From the human T2T-CHM13v2.0 reference genome, Homo sapiens, in assembly GCF_009914755.1 (NCBI RefSeq), contig NC_060931.1: 64,000 bases of DNA; one strand, given 5' to 3'. Each line of letters opens with the position of its first letter. Within the stretch, counting starts at the first letter, position 1. Position numbers and translations under genes: made by a program. This document shows positions 33,050 through 49,853 of this stretch, in pieces. Below the pieces are notes generated by a model. That model ran no database searches. It saw only the letters and a list, made by a program, of their open reading frames with translations, and was not told where the DNA came from.

Positions 33050-34099
33050 TCAATAAGCATTTGAACAAAACGAAAGCAGGAAAGATAGGTTTTGGAAGGC
33101 TGACCACAGACCCAAACTCTTTGCATCTTTACTCTTTAGATTGACAACTAATGCGTGTGGAGTTAATTTTCAGTTCATTGTCCCTGGATGAAGTCAAAAC
33201 CACAACTGTTAGCAACAATGAAAACATTTTCATTGGTTTTCTTTACTTTTTCATTCCCAGTCAACAATTTACTATCGCTTTTATCAGAGGCTGTTACCAC
33301 GACTGGCTCAGAACAGGTGGAAAATTGCAGCTGTTTTGTCAAAAATCACAAGAACAATTCGGAGGAGGGCATGGGACAGGTGCTGGTTTTTCAAAGCCCC
33401 TTGCCTCGGACAGAAGCCCCTCTTCCCCACATTGCCATGTGGCTGTGCAGAATCCTGGATTATTTTTTACCCTTTGGCCACCAGCAGCATCACAGCCAAT
33501 GAACACGGGCAGTGAACATCCTTAATAATGCACAAAATGACCCAATTTTCTGGAGCACGGAGACATAAAAATGTAACACTGAAATCTTACAACCCTAAAA
33601 CTGGCTCTTGGTTAGGACAGGCAGGCTGTCTCATCATCTATCCATAAGAGTAGCTACAGTGTTTCTGGAGAGCAGCTGAGGCACAGATCATAAAGAAGAT
33701 TTGGGATCATCTCTGAGCCAGACACAATGATATGATTCATATTAATCAGCTGCATTATAGACCCAGAGTCATTCTCTCTGGTTTATCCCAATACCTACTC
33801 CAGAAGATCCCTACCCCACTCAGATTTACATTTATGATCCTAAAACCCTGTTTTCAAATTTTCAATATTTGGAGAATTGTAAAATAGTGTAACAATCATA
33901 GCAGTCTTCCTAAGAGGGCTGTGTAAAAGTTAAACTGCAAAGAGATGGTTGATGAAATATTACCACCAGCATTTTAGCCCCTGTAAAGCGCCCTTTGTCC
34001 CTCCCACAGTGGCTGGTTCTTGGGTAGTGACCCCTTTGCAAAGTGGCATTTTCCCATCTCTGCAAATGTCTGTTTGTGCCCCTGGAGATCAGGACCTGA

Positions 34100-34790
34100 A
34101 GCCAGATTTGACACAAATAAAAATATTGGTTTTGCGGGCGGTGGGGGGGTTCCCGACTTCACGTTGCATATGTTCCCCCAAAAGGAGTCCCACATGGCTC
34201 TGGAAGCCGTCTCCCAGTGGGCACCGCCTGGAGTTGTGCACCAAGACAGTTCCAAGACATGACTTCATCCTTCAGCTCTCCGGCTCCCTCATCTCATATC
34301 TGAAGCACTTTACACATTCACATTCTTTGTCTACCTTGAAGTCTTTCGTGCGACATACCTGCCAGAGACTGGACATCACTCACACGATGGAAAATGTATT
34401 CAGTACCTCTCATGATCTCCATGCTTCCCAAAGATGAAGAGGTTTCATGCAGCGGCCACACGTACTGTGGCGTGACAGTCACCGGAGGATGCAGGCATCA
34501 TAAATTTGGAAAGGCTTCGTGAGCTTAACTATAGTATCCTGTATCCCTTTTCTCAATTTGAAGTGACCACAGGAGTACCAGGGGTACATAAACCGCCCCC
34601 AGTTGCAATGGTTTACTATTGAGAATTTGTGCATCGTATGTGAGCTTTGAGCTTTGCATGACTCCAGGTGGAATTATTCATGCAGGAAGCCATCCTTTGC
34701 ATAGATCGCAATGCAGATAGTTCCCCCTGGAGCTGTGCACCAAGACAGCCATAAGACATGACTTTCTCCTTCGGCGGGCATTGTTCCCAT
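34100..34790. mobile_element. hAT-Tip100 (Zaphod/MER91/MER115-like) DNA transposon relic
   Basis: Repeated CCTGGAG(T/C)TGTGCA motif and its inverse TGCATGACTCCAGG, matching the recalled TGCACAACTCCAGGGGGCGCC subterminal hairpin motif of this family. Confidence 0.55.
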
Positions 34791-36148
34791 GGACCCCTCT
34801 AACCAAGGTAGAATTTGGGGTTGCTCAGGGCTTCTCAATATGTGGCATAGACCTACTGGCTCTTACTCAAACAAATTGAGCTTTCCATTACGATGAAGAG
34901 ATTGGGCAAAAGCTAACATCACATCTGTCAAAATATGAGCAAATATAACCAATAAGACCCCACCCCTGAATATCATGATCTTTCCAAACTCTAACCTGGC
35001 ATCTGTGTGTCCTTATTTTTCACAGCAATATCCTTTGACTCATGTCAGGTACTGTTGTACACAGAGACGTCAAAGATCGCAGCAGTGAAGTGATTACGTG
35101 AATCAGTCAGAATCATTTTCTGATATTTTTTGACTTTATTGCTTTATTTATAGCTTTATTGAGATATAACTACATGTCATTCAATTCACCATTTAGAGTA
35201 TACAAGTCAATGGTTTGTGGTGTGTTCATACAGTTTTGCAACCATCGGCAACTCTAATTTTAGGACAGTTTCACCACCCAGGAAGAGCACCCAGTCTCCA
35301 TTAAGTATCACTCCCCATTTTACTCTCACCCCCAGCCCTAGGCAACCACCCACCTTCCATTTTCTGTCTCTACAGATTTGCTTGTTTTAGGCATTTCATA
35401 TTAATGGAATCCTACAGTATGTATTATTTTGTGATGGGCTTTTTTCATTTAGCATAATATTTTCGAGGTTCATTCATATTACAGGATGTTTCAGTATTGC
35501 ATTCCATTTTATGGCTGAAAAGTTTTCTACTGCAGGAATAGATCACATATTGTTTAACATTTCAGCAGTTGACATACATTTGGATTGTTTCCACTTTCTG
35601 GCTATTACCAATAACGCTGCTATGAGCATTCATGTACAAGTTTTTATGCTTCCATTTCTACTGGCTATATATCTAGGCGTAGAATGGCTGGGCCAGTGAA
35701 AACTCTATTTAGCATTTTGAAGAAATGTTAAAGTGTTTTCCAAAGTGGCTGAACATTTTATGCTCCCTCCAGCAATGCACAAGGGTTTCAGTTTCTCCAC
35801 ATCTTTGCCAACACTTGTTATTGTTTGTCTTTTTAATTGCATTCATCTTAGAGGGTGGGAAATGATATCTCATTGTGGTTTTAATTTACATTTCCCTGAT
35901 GGTGATGATGTTAAAACACTTTTCATGTACTTTTTTCCCATTTATGTATCTTTGGAGAAATGTCTGTTAAGATCTTTGCCCATTTTTTCACATTGAGTTA
36001 TTTTTTAAATTATTATTATTGAGTTGTAAGATTTTTTATATATTTGAATACAAGTTCCCTTATCAGGTATATATTTGCAAACATTTTCTCCCAATTAATG
36101 AGTTGTAGTTTCACTTTCTTAATGGTTTTATTTAAAGAATAAAAATAA

Positions 36149-36461
<313 letters not shown>

Positions 36462-36953
36462 TGATTGTGCTTTTGGTGTCATATGTAGGAAAACATTGCC
36501 TAACCTAAGGCCATAAAGATTTATTCCTGGATCATATACCTAAATGTAAGAACTAAAACTATAATGACACTTCTAAGAGTGTCATTTAATTCAAATGGAT
36601 CATACACCTAAATGTAAGAGCTAAAACTATAACGACACTCTTAGAAGAGTTAATTAATTAATTCAAATAATCCGCTTGAATTAATTTTTGTGTATGATGT
36701 GAGGAAGGGGTCCACTTCATTCTTTTGTATGTGCCCATTCAGTTCTCCCAGCATGATTTATTTAAAGGACTATTCTTTACCATGCAATTGTCTTGGCACC
36801 CTTTTCAAATATCGATTGACCATAAATATAAGGCTCTATTTCTAGATTCTCAATTTTATTCCATTGATCTATATGTCTGTCCTTATACCAATACAACATT
36901 GTCTTGATTACTGTAGCTTGGTAGTAAGGTTTGAAATCAGAAAGTGTTATTAC

Positions 36954-37252
36954 TTTTTTTTTTTTTTTTTTTAAGATGGAGTCGAGCTCTGTTGCCTGGG
37001 CTGGAGTGCAATGGTGCAGTCTTGGCTCACTGCCTCCTCTCCCTCCCAGGTTCAAGCAATTCTCCTGCCTCAGCCTTCTGAGTAGCTGGGATTACAGGTG
37101 CACACCATCATCCCCGGCTAATTTTTGTACTTGTAGTAGAGACGGGGTTTCACCATGTTGGCCAGGCAGGTCCTGAACCCCTGACCTCAGGTGATCCACC
37201 CGCCTCGGCTTCCCAAAGTGCCGGGATTACAGGCATGAGCCACCACGCCCTA
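36954..37252 (-). mobile_element. AluSx-like
   Basis: Antisense S-type dimer with poly-T. Confidence 0.92.
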
Positions 37253-38310
37253 CCTTATTTTTTATTATTCTCTTTCAAGAGTGTTTTGGTTATTCTGGGT
37301 CCTAAAATTCATATGCAATTCCATATGAATTTTAGGATCAAAACAAGATGTCTGGGATTTTGATACGGATTGCATTGCGTCTGTAGAGCAATTTGGGGAG
37401 TATCCTTGTCTTGTTACTGATTCTTGGGGGAAATCATTCAATTTTTCATCAAGTATGATGCTAGCTATGAGTTTTTCATGGATATTCTGTAGGAGGTTGG
37501 AAAAATTCCTTCATATTCCTACTTTGTTGAGTGTCTTTATGATGAAAGGTGTTGGATTTTGTCAAATGCTTTTTCTATGTCTATTGAGATGATCATATGG
37601 TTTCTGTCCTTTATTCTATTAATATTTATATTATATTGATTTATTTTCAGAGGTTAAACCAACCTCACATTCCTGGAATAAATCTGTTGATCGTGGTGTA
37701 TTTTTTTTTGTATGTTGATGACTTAGTTCATTATTAGTAATATTTTGTTGAGGATTTTTGCATCTCCATCCAGTGTAGAGATATTGGTCTGTGATACTGG
37801 GGTATTTTTGTTTTTGTGAAGTCTTTTCCTCATTTTGGTATCAGGGTAATATTGGCCTCATAGAATGAGTTAGTAAGTATCCTTTCTCTTCTATGTTTTG
37901 TAGAGTTTGTGAAGCTTTGGTGTTCTTTCAATGTTTGATAAAATCGCTCCATGTAACTATTTCGTTATGAGATTTTCTTCATGGGAAGTTTTTTGATTGC
38001 TAATTCAATCTGTCTACATGTTAGAGGTCTATTCAGCTTTCCTATATCTTCCTGAGGCGTTTTGGCTAGTTTGTGTCTTTCTAGAAATATGGCCACTTCA
38101 TCTCTGTTATTATCTGTGTAATTGTTCATAGTATATTCTCGTATATATATTTCTTATTTCTATAAGGTCAGTGCTTATGTCTCCTCTTTCATTCTTGATT
38201 TTAGTAATTTGACTTTTCTCTCTTTTTACCATGTTCAGTCTAGCTAAAGTTTTGCCAATTTCGTTGATATGGGCTCCATGTTTGCCGAAGAGAAATCTGC
38301 AGTCATTTAA

Positions 38311-38852
<542 letters not shown>

Positions 38853-38916
38853 TGATGTGTGCGAATTTCTTTGGGTTTATCCTGTTTGGGGCTCACTTAG
38901 CTTCTTGAATTGTTAG

Positions 38917-39244
<328 letters not shown>

Positions 39245-39555
39245 GAATTGATAGGTTTTGTCTTTATCCAACCTTGGGGAGTTTTCAACCATTATTTTCT
39301 CAAGAATTTTTTCAGCACCATCCTCCTTCTCCTTTTCTTCTGGGACTCAGGTGACCTGAAAGTTAGAACTTAGGTACTGTCCCACAGGCCCCTGAGGCCA
39401 TGTTTATTTTTTTCATTCTTTTTTTCTCGTTATTTTTCAGTGTCGATTATTTCTATTGATCTTTCTTCAGTTAGTTCATTAACTCTTCCCCCTATCCTCC
39501 CCGTTCTGCTAATGGAACCCACTGAATTTTTTATTTCAATTATTATCATCTTTTA

Positions 39556-40187
<632 letters not shown>

Positions 40188-40273
40188 TTCTATATCTTAG
40201 TAAAAAAAATTATTGTAATATATGCTCCAAGACTGTTTGCAATTGCCCATTTGAATATTTATTGTAAATTGTG

Positions 40274-40580
40274 AGCCAGGCGTGGTGGCTCATGCCTGTA
40301 ATCCCAGCAGTCTGGGAGGCTGAGGCGGTGGATGACTTGAGGTCAGGAGTTTGAGACCAGCCTGACTAACATGGTGAAACCCCATCTCTACTAAAATTAC
40401 AAAAATTAGCCAGGCATGGTGGCACATGCCTGTAGTCCAAGCTTCTCAGGAGGCTGATGCAGGAGAATCACTTGAACCCGGGAGGCAGAGGTTGCAGTGA
40501 GCCAAGATTGTGCCACTGCTCTGGCCTGGGCAATAGAGTGAGACTCTGTCTCCAAAATAAATGAATAAATAAATAAGTAA
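40274..40580 (+). mobile_element. AluS
   Basis: TSD GTAAATTGTG. Confidence 0.92.
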
Positions 40581-41260
40581 ATTGTGGCAAAATGCACATC
40601 ACAGAATATGTACCATCTTAGCCATGTTAAGTGTACAGTTCCGGAGTGTTAAGTAAATTTATATTATTGTGCAACCCATCTCTAGAACTCCTTTCATCTT
40701 GCAAAACAGAAACTCTATACCCGTTAAACAGTAACTGCGTTCCCCTGGCCCCGCCTCCGACGATCACCACTCTACTTTCTGTTCCTATGCCTTTGACTCC
40801 TCTAGGTACCTCGTCTGTGTGGCATCACACAGGATTTGTCTCTTAGTGTCTGGCATATTTCACTCAGCATAATGTCCTTGAAGTTCATCCAGGTTGTAGC
40901 GCATGTCAGAATTTCCTTCCTTTTTGAGGCTGATCATATAGTCCCTATGTGTACGCCATATTTTATTTGTCTATTTATCTGTCAGTGGACACCTGGGTTG
41001 CTCCCACCTTTTGGCTATTGTTAATACTGGAGCCATTAACATGGGTGTACAAATATCTGCCCAAGACCGTACTTTCAATTCTTTGGGACACATTACCTAC
41101 AAATGAAGTTGCTGGACCATAACATAATTCTATCTATCTTTAATTTTTTGAGAAACCATAGAACTGTTTTCCATAGCAGCTACACTAGTTCATATTTCCA
41201 CCAGTGATGCACAAGAGTTTCAGTGTCCCCACATCCTTGCCAACACTTTATCCTAATGGG
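40581..41260 (-). mobile_element. L1MB 3' end
   Basis: TTCATCTTGCAAAACAGAAACTCTATACCCGTTAAACA diagnostic of L1MB. Confidence 0.88.
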
Positions 41261-43158
41261 TGTATCATTTGAACATTGTTGTAATAGTTTCTTTACAGTA
41301 AAATCTATGCCAGATAATTCTGATGTCAGTATCATCTTGGTGTTGGCATCTGTTGATTATCACAGGAGTTGAACTTTTTTTGGTTTGGATTACATCCTGG
41401 ATGTTTTCAGTGGGATGTTTAGGATGCTCTAAGACTCTGGGTCTCATTGAAATCTGATGGAGAATGTTGATATTTTGCTTAGTGAACAATTAACCTCAGT
41501 AGGTTCAAGTCACAAGTTCTGAGGGCCACGGTGCCAACCTCATCTCAGTTTTCAAAACCTTTGTGGTGCCCTTTTTTGTTTTGATTTACAATTAACAGAA
41601 ATTTATTTGTCACAGTTCTGAAGGCTGTGAAGTCCAAGATCAAGGTGTCAGCATCTTTTGAGAACCCTCTTGCTGCCTCATCCCATGGCTGAAGGTGAAA
41701 GGGCAAGAGAAAGAGCCCATTCCCAGAGGCCCCTCTTTTTGTGACCAAAACAAATCAAATATTTTATTCCTAGGGTTTTTTTTTTTTTCAAATAAATCTC
41801 TTATGTATCTTCTCTACTCTTTGTAACAGCTGAGGCAATGTAACAGTTAAGCAAATGAAAAAAGCTACAATGTAACTTAAGCAGTAATATTCAAGTTATA
41901 TTCAAGGTATAGACATCTACAGAATATTCACATCTCTCTTGGGCGTGTGCCAACCGGTGGTCCATCTGGGACCTGAGAAGTGGCTTCTCCATCAGTTCAT
42001 CTCTGAAGTTCTTTGGTATGCTTGAGAGAGAGCACTGGAATTCATAAGGAGCTTGATGGAGACTTCCTGAGCTCCTCCCTCTCCATGATCTCCCTGCTGC
42101 ATCCCAATTCCCTGGGCCCAGTGGTGGAGGACACAGAGAAAATAGAGACCTCAGCATTGGTGCCAGCTTTTAAGACCCCTACTGCACTGAAGGCAGGGGC
42201 AGTAACCCCTTCTCAGAGCATGGTTTCTGCTGGCCCTCACTGCCATGCCTCTGCAGGATTGCCTGAGGGCTGGGTCATAAGAGAACAGAGAAATAAAAAA
42301 GAGAAAAGAAAGAAAACCTGGAAAGTGGGGTTTCTGTGCTCCCTTTGTACATTAAGAGTCTTTTTTTTTTTCCTCCCAGAGCCGAAACATCCCACATTCA
42401 CAGGATGTCCTCTCCCCGCTCCACACTGTCTTTCTGAGCGTTTCTGCCTGGGCTCTAGGGCTCACCTCTGGATTTCCAGATGCATTATTATTTCCAGCTG
42501 AGAATACTGGAAGGGAAAAATGCCACCCACCACTCATTTGGTGGTTCTTTGAAATCTGGTATCCTTCCCTGATCTGCCTGCTACGGTTTATTTAATTTCT
42601 AGAGTCCTCAGGTAGCTGCCACATGCATTCTGTCCAAGTTTTATAATTACATACGGTGGAAAAAATGGCAGTGTGCTTATTCCATCCTACCCAGAACTGG
42701 AACTTGAATTGGATTTGAAAAACTAAAACCAAAAGACTAACGCAGATTAGCACAAATGCATTCTATTTACTGGAAAGATAATTAAACCAGAGTCTCCCGG
42801 TAACAGGTTAGTGACATCATCTTCACCTACAATGGACAGCTTCATTGCCGTAGTCTAAATTTCATGCCCTAAGCATATCTTTATCTAATTTTGCTTTATT
42901 TGAAAGGATTATTCATTGACATTTCCAACTGCTACTGGATGATGTTGCATAAATGAATAAATGACTGTTAGGGACATTACCACTTTCTAATTCTGTTTTA
43001 TAACGTGCATACTCTAGGGTTTGCTGATTTCTACAGCTGGGCATCTGCAGGGATCATCTCAGCTCACCGTTTTGAATACTGACCTCTATTATATTAGTAG
43101 ATGAGAAAGTTGATGGCAGTGCCAACTCCAGAAACATGAATTAAAAGATATCAGATGT

Positions 43159-43497
<339 letters not shown>

Positions 43498-43632
43498 TTA
43501 ATAAGAGTTTGTCAGAAGACATAAGGAGAAGTCAGTCCAGAGGTGCCTAGTCCTCAACTCGTTCAAATGCAGAATTCTTGTAGTGGAAAGCCATGGCTCT
43601 CCCAGTCGAAACATCAGAATATTGTTTGAGAT

Positions 43633-44995
<1,363 letters not shown>

Positions 44996-45030
44996 CCAAA
45001 TATCTGGACTTGTTTTCCCATTGTACTTAC

Positions 45031-45184
45031 CTGTTTTCTCTCCTGTTGAAGCTGTTAGCCTCTGAAGATTTGGAGCAGGAAGGAAGACACGAAGTGCTTG
45101 CCAGATACTTTCTCTCCCTACCTGGTCAATATTCAAAACCTTAAGCTCATTGAGAAAGCAGAATGTGAAGACAGAAGTGAGTTT
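45031..45184 (-). other. Candidate spliced exon (154 bp) of an unidentified, probably non-coding, transcript
   Basis: Minus-strand acceptor CTCTCCCTCTGTCTCCACGTTTTCCTCAG| and perfect donor CAG|GTAAGT in unique sequence. Confidence 0.45.
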
Positions 45185-45474
45185 CTGAGGAAAACGTGGA
45201 GACAGAGGGAGAGTTTGTTTCAGATAAAAAGGAATTTCTCTTGAGTGCAAGGAGCTGGGGGCTACAGTTCCCCTCAAAAGCCGAGACCTGTGCCAGACCT
45301 TTATCTATTTCCAAGGTGGTGCTGGGACCTCAGAGACAATGGCCACCTGATGTCCCAGGGGGGTGGCCCTCAGCCCAGACTCAGCCTCACCAAAGGTTGT
45401 AGGACCTCTAAACTAGATCAGAATCAGCAAAGAGAGCTTTAGACTCGGAGGGTCCACAGGGACTGGTGATTCCT

Positions 45475-45693
45475 GGTCTTCAGACAACAACTTAACACTT
45501 TCAATGGATGGTCAATCAGAAAATCTTTAAATCTACTTATGACCCGGAAGCCTCCACTTCAAGTGTCCCTCCTTTCCAGATGGAATCATTGTACGTCTTA
45601 CAGGTATTGATTGATGTCTCATGTCTCCCTAAGATGTATAAAAGCAAGCTGTGCCCCGACCACCTTGGCCACATGTAATCCGGACCTCCTGAG
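45475..45693 (+). repeat. Inverted local copy of the MER4 interior 51132-51350
   Basis: 219 bp ungapped, 12 mismatches by manual alignment. Confidence 0.9.
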
Positions 45694-45978
45694 TCTCGGT
45701 CGTCATCCATCTGTGATCCAAGGGGCTCCCCGGCTCTCTTGGCCCCTCCTGGAACCCCAAAACGTCAGCACAATTTCTGTAAGGGGAGATGGAGTCATAA
45801 AAACACCTGAGGTTATATTTCCACCAGCGAAGCAGGACAGGGACTCAGAGACAAACTTAAGTTGATTTAAAAATATTGAAGGCATAGGACATTGAAGGCA
45901 TTCCGGCACATTGGAGTCTTGCCCACACCCCCAGCCCCACCGCCCAGCCCCACATGCACCATCATAAATAGAAGTCAG

Positions 45979-46410
<432 letters not shown>

Positions 46411-46949
46411 AGTAATGAGAGACAGAACCCTTATGGTTATGGATAGAGGGATTTCTACCAAATAGACGAGGCTGCCAAAACCAGGGAGTCTTATTCAGCC
46501 AAATGATTACAGCTCAAGTTTTATTTCTAAGCATCTTTTTAGCATTATGTTGTCACCTTTAATAAGCAGCACTTCTTGTACAAGTGGTAGAAGATGCTAA
46601 TTGGCCCTGGCGAAGGGATTTTTCATACATTTCAGGAGGCAAGGGATGAGCAGAGATGCAGTTACGCTAATGGTTTCATTTTTTAAGACACTGAGTATTG
46701 TTTATGCGCCCGTCCTTATTTTATTGTGTGCAGATTAACAATTGCAGGTCCCGGGTGGGGAGCCAAGTTCGGGAGGGTTCATTTCATCCACCGGCTGCTA
46801 CAAGCCTCCTTGATTGCTTTTTCTCTTCCCCGCTGAGGTCAATAACCAGTGCTGATATTTCTGCTGAATCAGTTTGCTGGGATTTGTCTTGTCCTCCTGA
46901 CCCGTGTTAATTATATCTTCAGATGAGTGCTGGGCTAAAATACAGAGCT

Positions 46950-47562
46950 TCTTTCTTTCTTTCTTTTATTTTTACTTTTATTTTAAGTTCAGGGGGTACA
47001 TGTGCAGGTTTGTACCATAGGTAAACTGGTGCTATGGGGGTTTGTTGTACAGATTATTTCACTAGCCACATATTAAGCTTAATACCCATTAGTTATTTTT
47101 CCTGATCCTCTCCCTCCTCCCAACCTCCACCCTCTGAAAGACCGCAGTGTGTGTTGCTCTCTTTTCTGTGTGCTTGGGTTCTCATCATTCAGCTCCCATT
47201 TATAAGCGAGAACATGCAGTGTTTCATTTTCTGTTACAGAGTTAGTTTGCTGAGGATAATGGCCTCCAACTCCATCCATGTCCCTGCAAAGGACGTGATC
47301 TCGTTCTTTTTTTATGGCTACATAGTATTCCATGGTGTATATGTACCACTGATGGGCATGTAGGTTGTTTTCATGTCTTTGCTGTTGTGAATAGTGCTGC
47401 AATGAACATATGCTTATACACTGTTGGTGGGAGTGTAAATTAGTTCAACCATCATGGTAGACAGTATGGTGATTCCTCAAAGACCTAAAGACAATGGCAT
47501 TTGACCCAGCAATCCCATCACTGGGTATACACCCAGAGGAATATAAATCATTCTATTATAAA
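46950..47562 (-). mobile_element. Older L1PA with 5' inversion (twin priming); inverted part ~47413-47562
   Basis: Antisense 3' end switches to sense L1; degenerate TSD AAATACAGAGCTTCTTTC/AAATATAGGGCTTATTTC. Confidence 0.85.
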
Positions 47563-47953
47563 TATAGGGCTTATTTCAATAGTGAGAAAATGTATTTCTC
47601 CCTATTTGATGGACCTTCACTTTGATTTTCAGCTCCGTCCCCATCTTGCCATGGTCCGTAATCAATAGCCACGTGGTTCAAGTTCTTTATCTCGGAGGCA
47701 CAAGGAGACCTTGGAGGTACCTTCTTTTCGGACCTCAGAATCCAGAGTTAATACAGGGATAAAAGGACTTTCTTCTCCTTCCTTTCCAGAGAAATGCACT
47801 CTCAGCCTCTTATCTTAAAATAGTCTACCCTACTGGAAATCTGACAAATGTCTCTCTTCTATCTTCTGGAAATTCAGATGGTTCATCTTACAGAAAGATA
47901 GTTCTGCCTCCAGATGACCAAAAGTAAAAGCCGAGTTCAAACAAACAACGTAA

Positions 47954-48307
<354 letters not shown>

Positions 48308-48562
48308 TTTTGTCCAATTTAGAAGGTGACTAGATGCCAGATTACCTCTGCCTATCCAGAACTCCAGACATTCATTCCACAAACCTGTTACATGGAGCTG
48401 TGGGCTCTTGGTGATCTAGAAATAAAGACATTTTATGCCCTATCCTGGCACACGCTATATTCTCTATTAATGCTCATTAGCATAATTCAAAGGCCATTAG
48501 TTGAGTCAAAAATGCTGACAATGGAGCATAGACTACGTGGAAAGGAAGGTAAATTATCATCT

Positions 48563-49107
48563 TGTGGGAGGCATTTGAACCAGAGCAACTCCATCTTGAA
48601 TAGGAGCTGGGTAAAATAAGGCTAGGACCTGCAGGGCTGTATTCCCAGTAAATTAAGGCATTCTTAGTCACAGGATGAGATAGGAGGTCAGCACAAGATA
48701 CAGGTCATAAAGACCTTGCTGATAAAACAGTTTGCAGTAAAGAAGCAGGCCCAAACCCACCAGAACCAAGACGGTGATGAGAGTGACCTTCGGTGATCCT
48801 CAGGGCTACACTCCCACGTGTGCCATGACCGTTTACAAATGCCATGGCAACATCAGAAAGTTACCCTATATGGTCTAAAAGGGGGAGGCATGAATAATCC
48901 ATCCCTTGTTTAGCATATCATCAAGAAATAACCGTAAGAATGGGCAAGCAGCAGACCATGCTGCTCTGCCTATGGAGTAGCCATCCTTTTATCCCTTTAC
49001 TTTCCTAATAAACTTGGTTTCACTTTACTGTTCAGACTTGCCGTAAATTCTTTCTTGTGCGAAATCCAAGAACCCTCTCTTGGGGTCCGGATCCCTTTCC
49101 TATAACA
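48563..49107 (+). mobile_element. MER41A solo LTR
   Basis: GAACCAGAGCAACTCCATCTTGAATAGG start, TSD ATCT, 545 bp, lacks the GAS-bearing segment (GGGGAGG|CATGAATAATCC). Confidence 0.88.
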
Positions 49108-49230
49108 ATCTCTGTTGTCAGGACAATGCAGAACAGATGAGTTGATAAAATCTGCATATACACAAACCACTATCTTCTCAGCATGAGTATTCAAGATACG
49201 TTCCTTTATCCCTTTTAGAGTCATATTTGC

Positions 49231-49853
49231 TTTTTTTTTTTTTTTTTTTTTTGAGACGGAGTCTCGCCCTGTCACCCAGGCTTGAGTGCAGTGGTGTGAT
49301 CTCTGTTCACTGCAATCTCTGCTTCCTGGCTTCAAGCAATTCTCTGCCTCAGCCTCCTGAGTAGCTGGGATTACAGGTGCCTGCCACCACTCCCAGATAA
49401 TTTTTTTTTATTTTTAGTAAAGACGGGGTTTCACCATCTTGGCCAGGCTGGTGTTGAACTCCTGACCTCGTGATTCACCCTTTGGCCGCCCAAAGTGCTG
49501 CGATTACAGGCATAAGCCACCACGCTGGCCCTCTTATTTATTTATCTATTTATTTATTTTTATTTTTGAGACAGGGTCTCACTTTGTCACCCAGGCTGGA
49601 GTGAAGTGGTGCAATCTTGGATCACTGCAGCCACAACCTATTGCACTCAAGCAATCCTCCTGCCTCAGCCCTCCAAGTAGCTTAGACTGGGATATAGGTG
49701 CACACCACCATATCCAGGTAATTTTTGTATTTTTAGGGAGACAGTGTTTGGCCATGTTACCGAGGCTGCATTCAAACTCTTGAGCTCAAGCAATCTGCCT
49801 GCCTCAGCTTCCCAAAGTGCTAGGATTATAGGCATGAGCTACCATGCCCAGCC
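49231..49853 (-). mobile_element. AluS (49231-49530) inserted at the tail of AluJ (49535-49853)
   Basis: Outer TSD CATATTTGC flanks both. Confidence 0.9.

Noticed and set aside
33949-34437. 162-aa ORF considered as an endogenous viral element or processed pseudogene
   Set aside because: No recognisable protein motif, poly-A or TSD; hAT-type repeat motifs explain the region better.
48563-49107. MER41 as an interferon-gamma (STAT1) enhancer
   Set aside because: This copy is the A type, lacking the segment with tandem GAS motifs found in MER41B.
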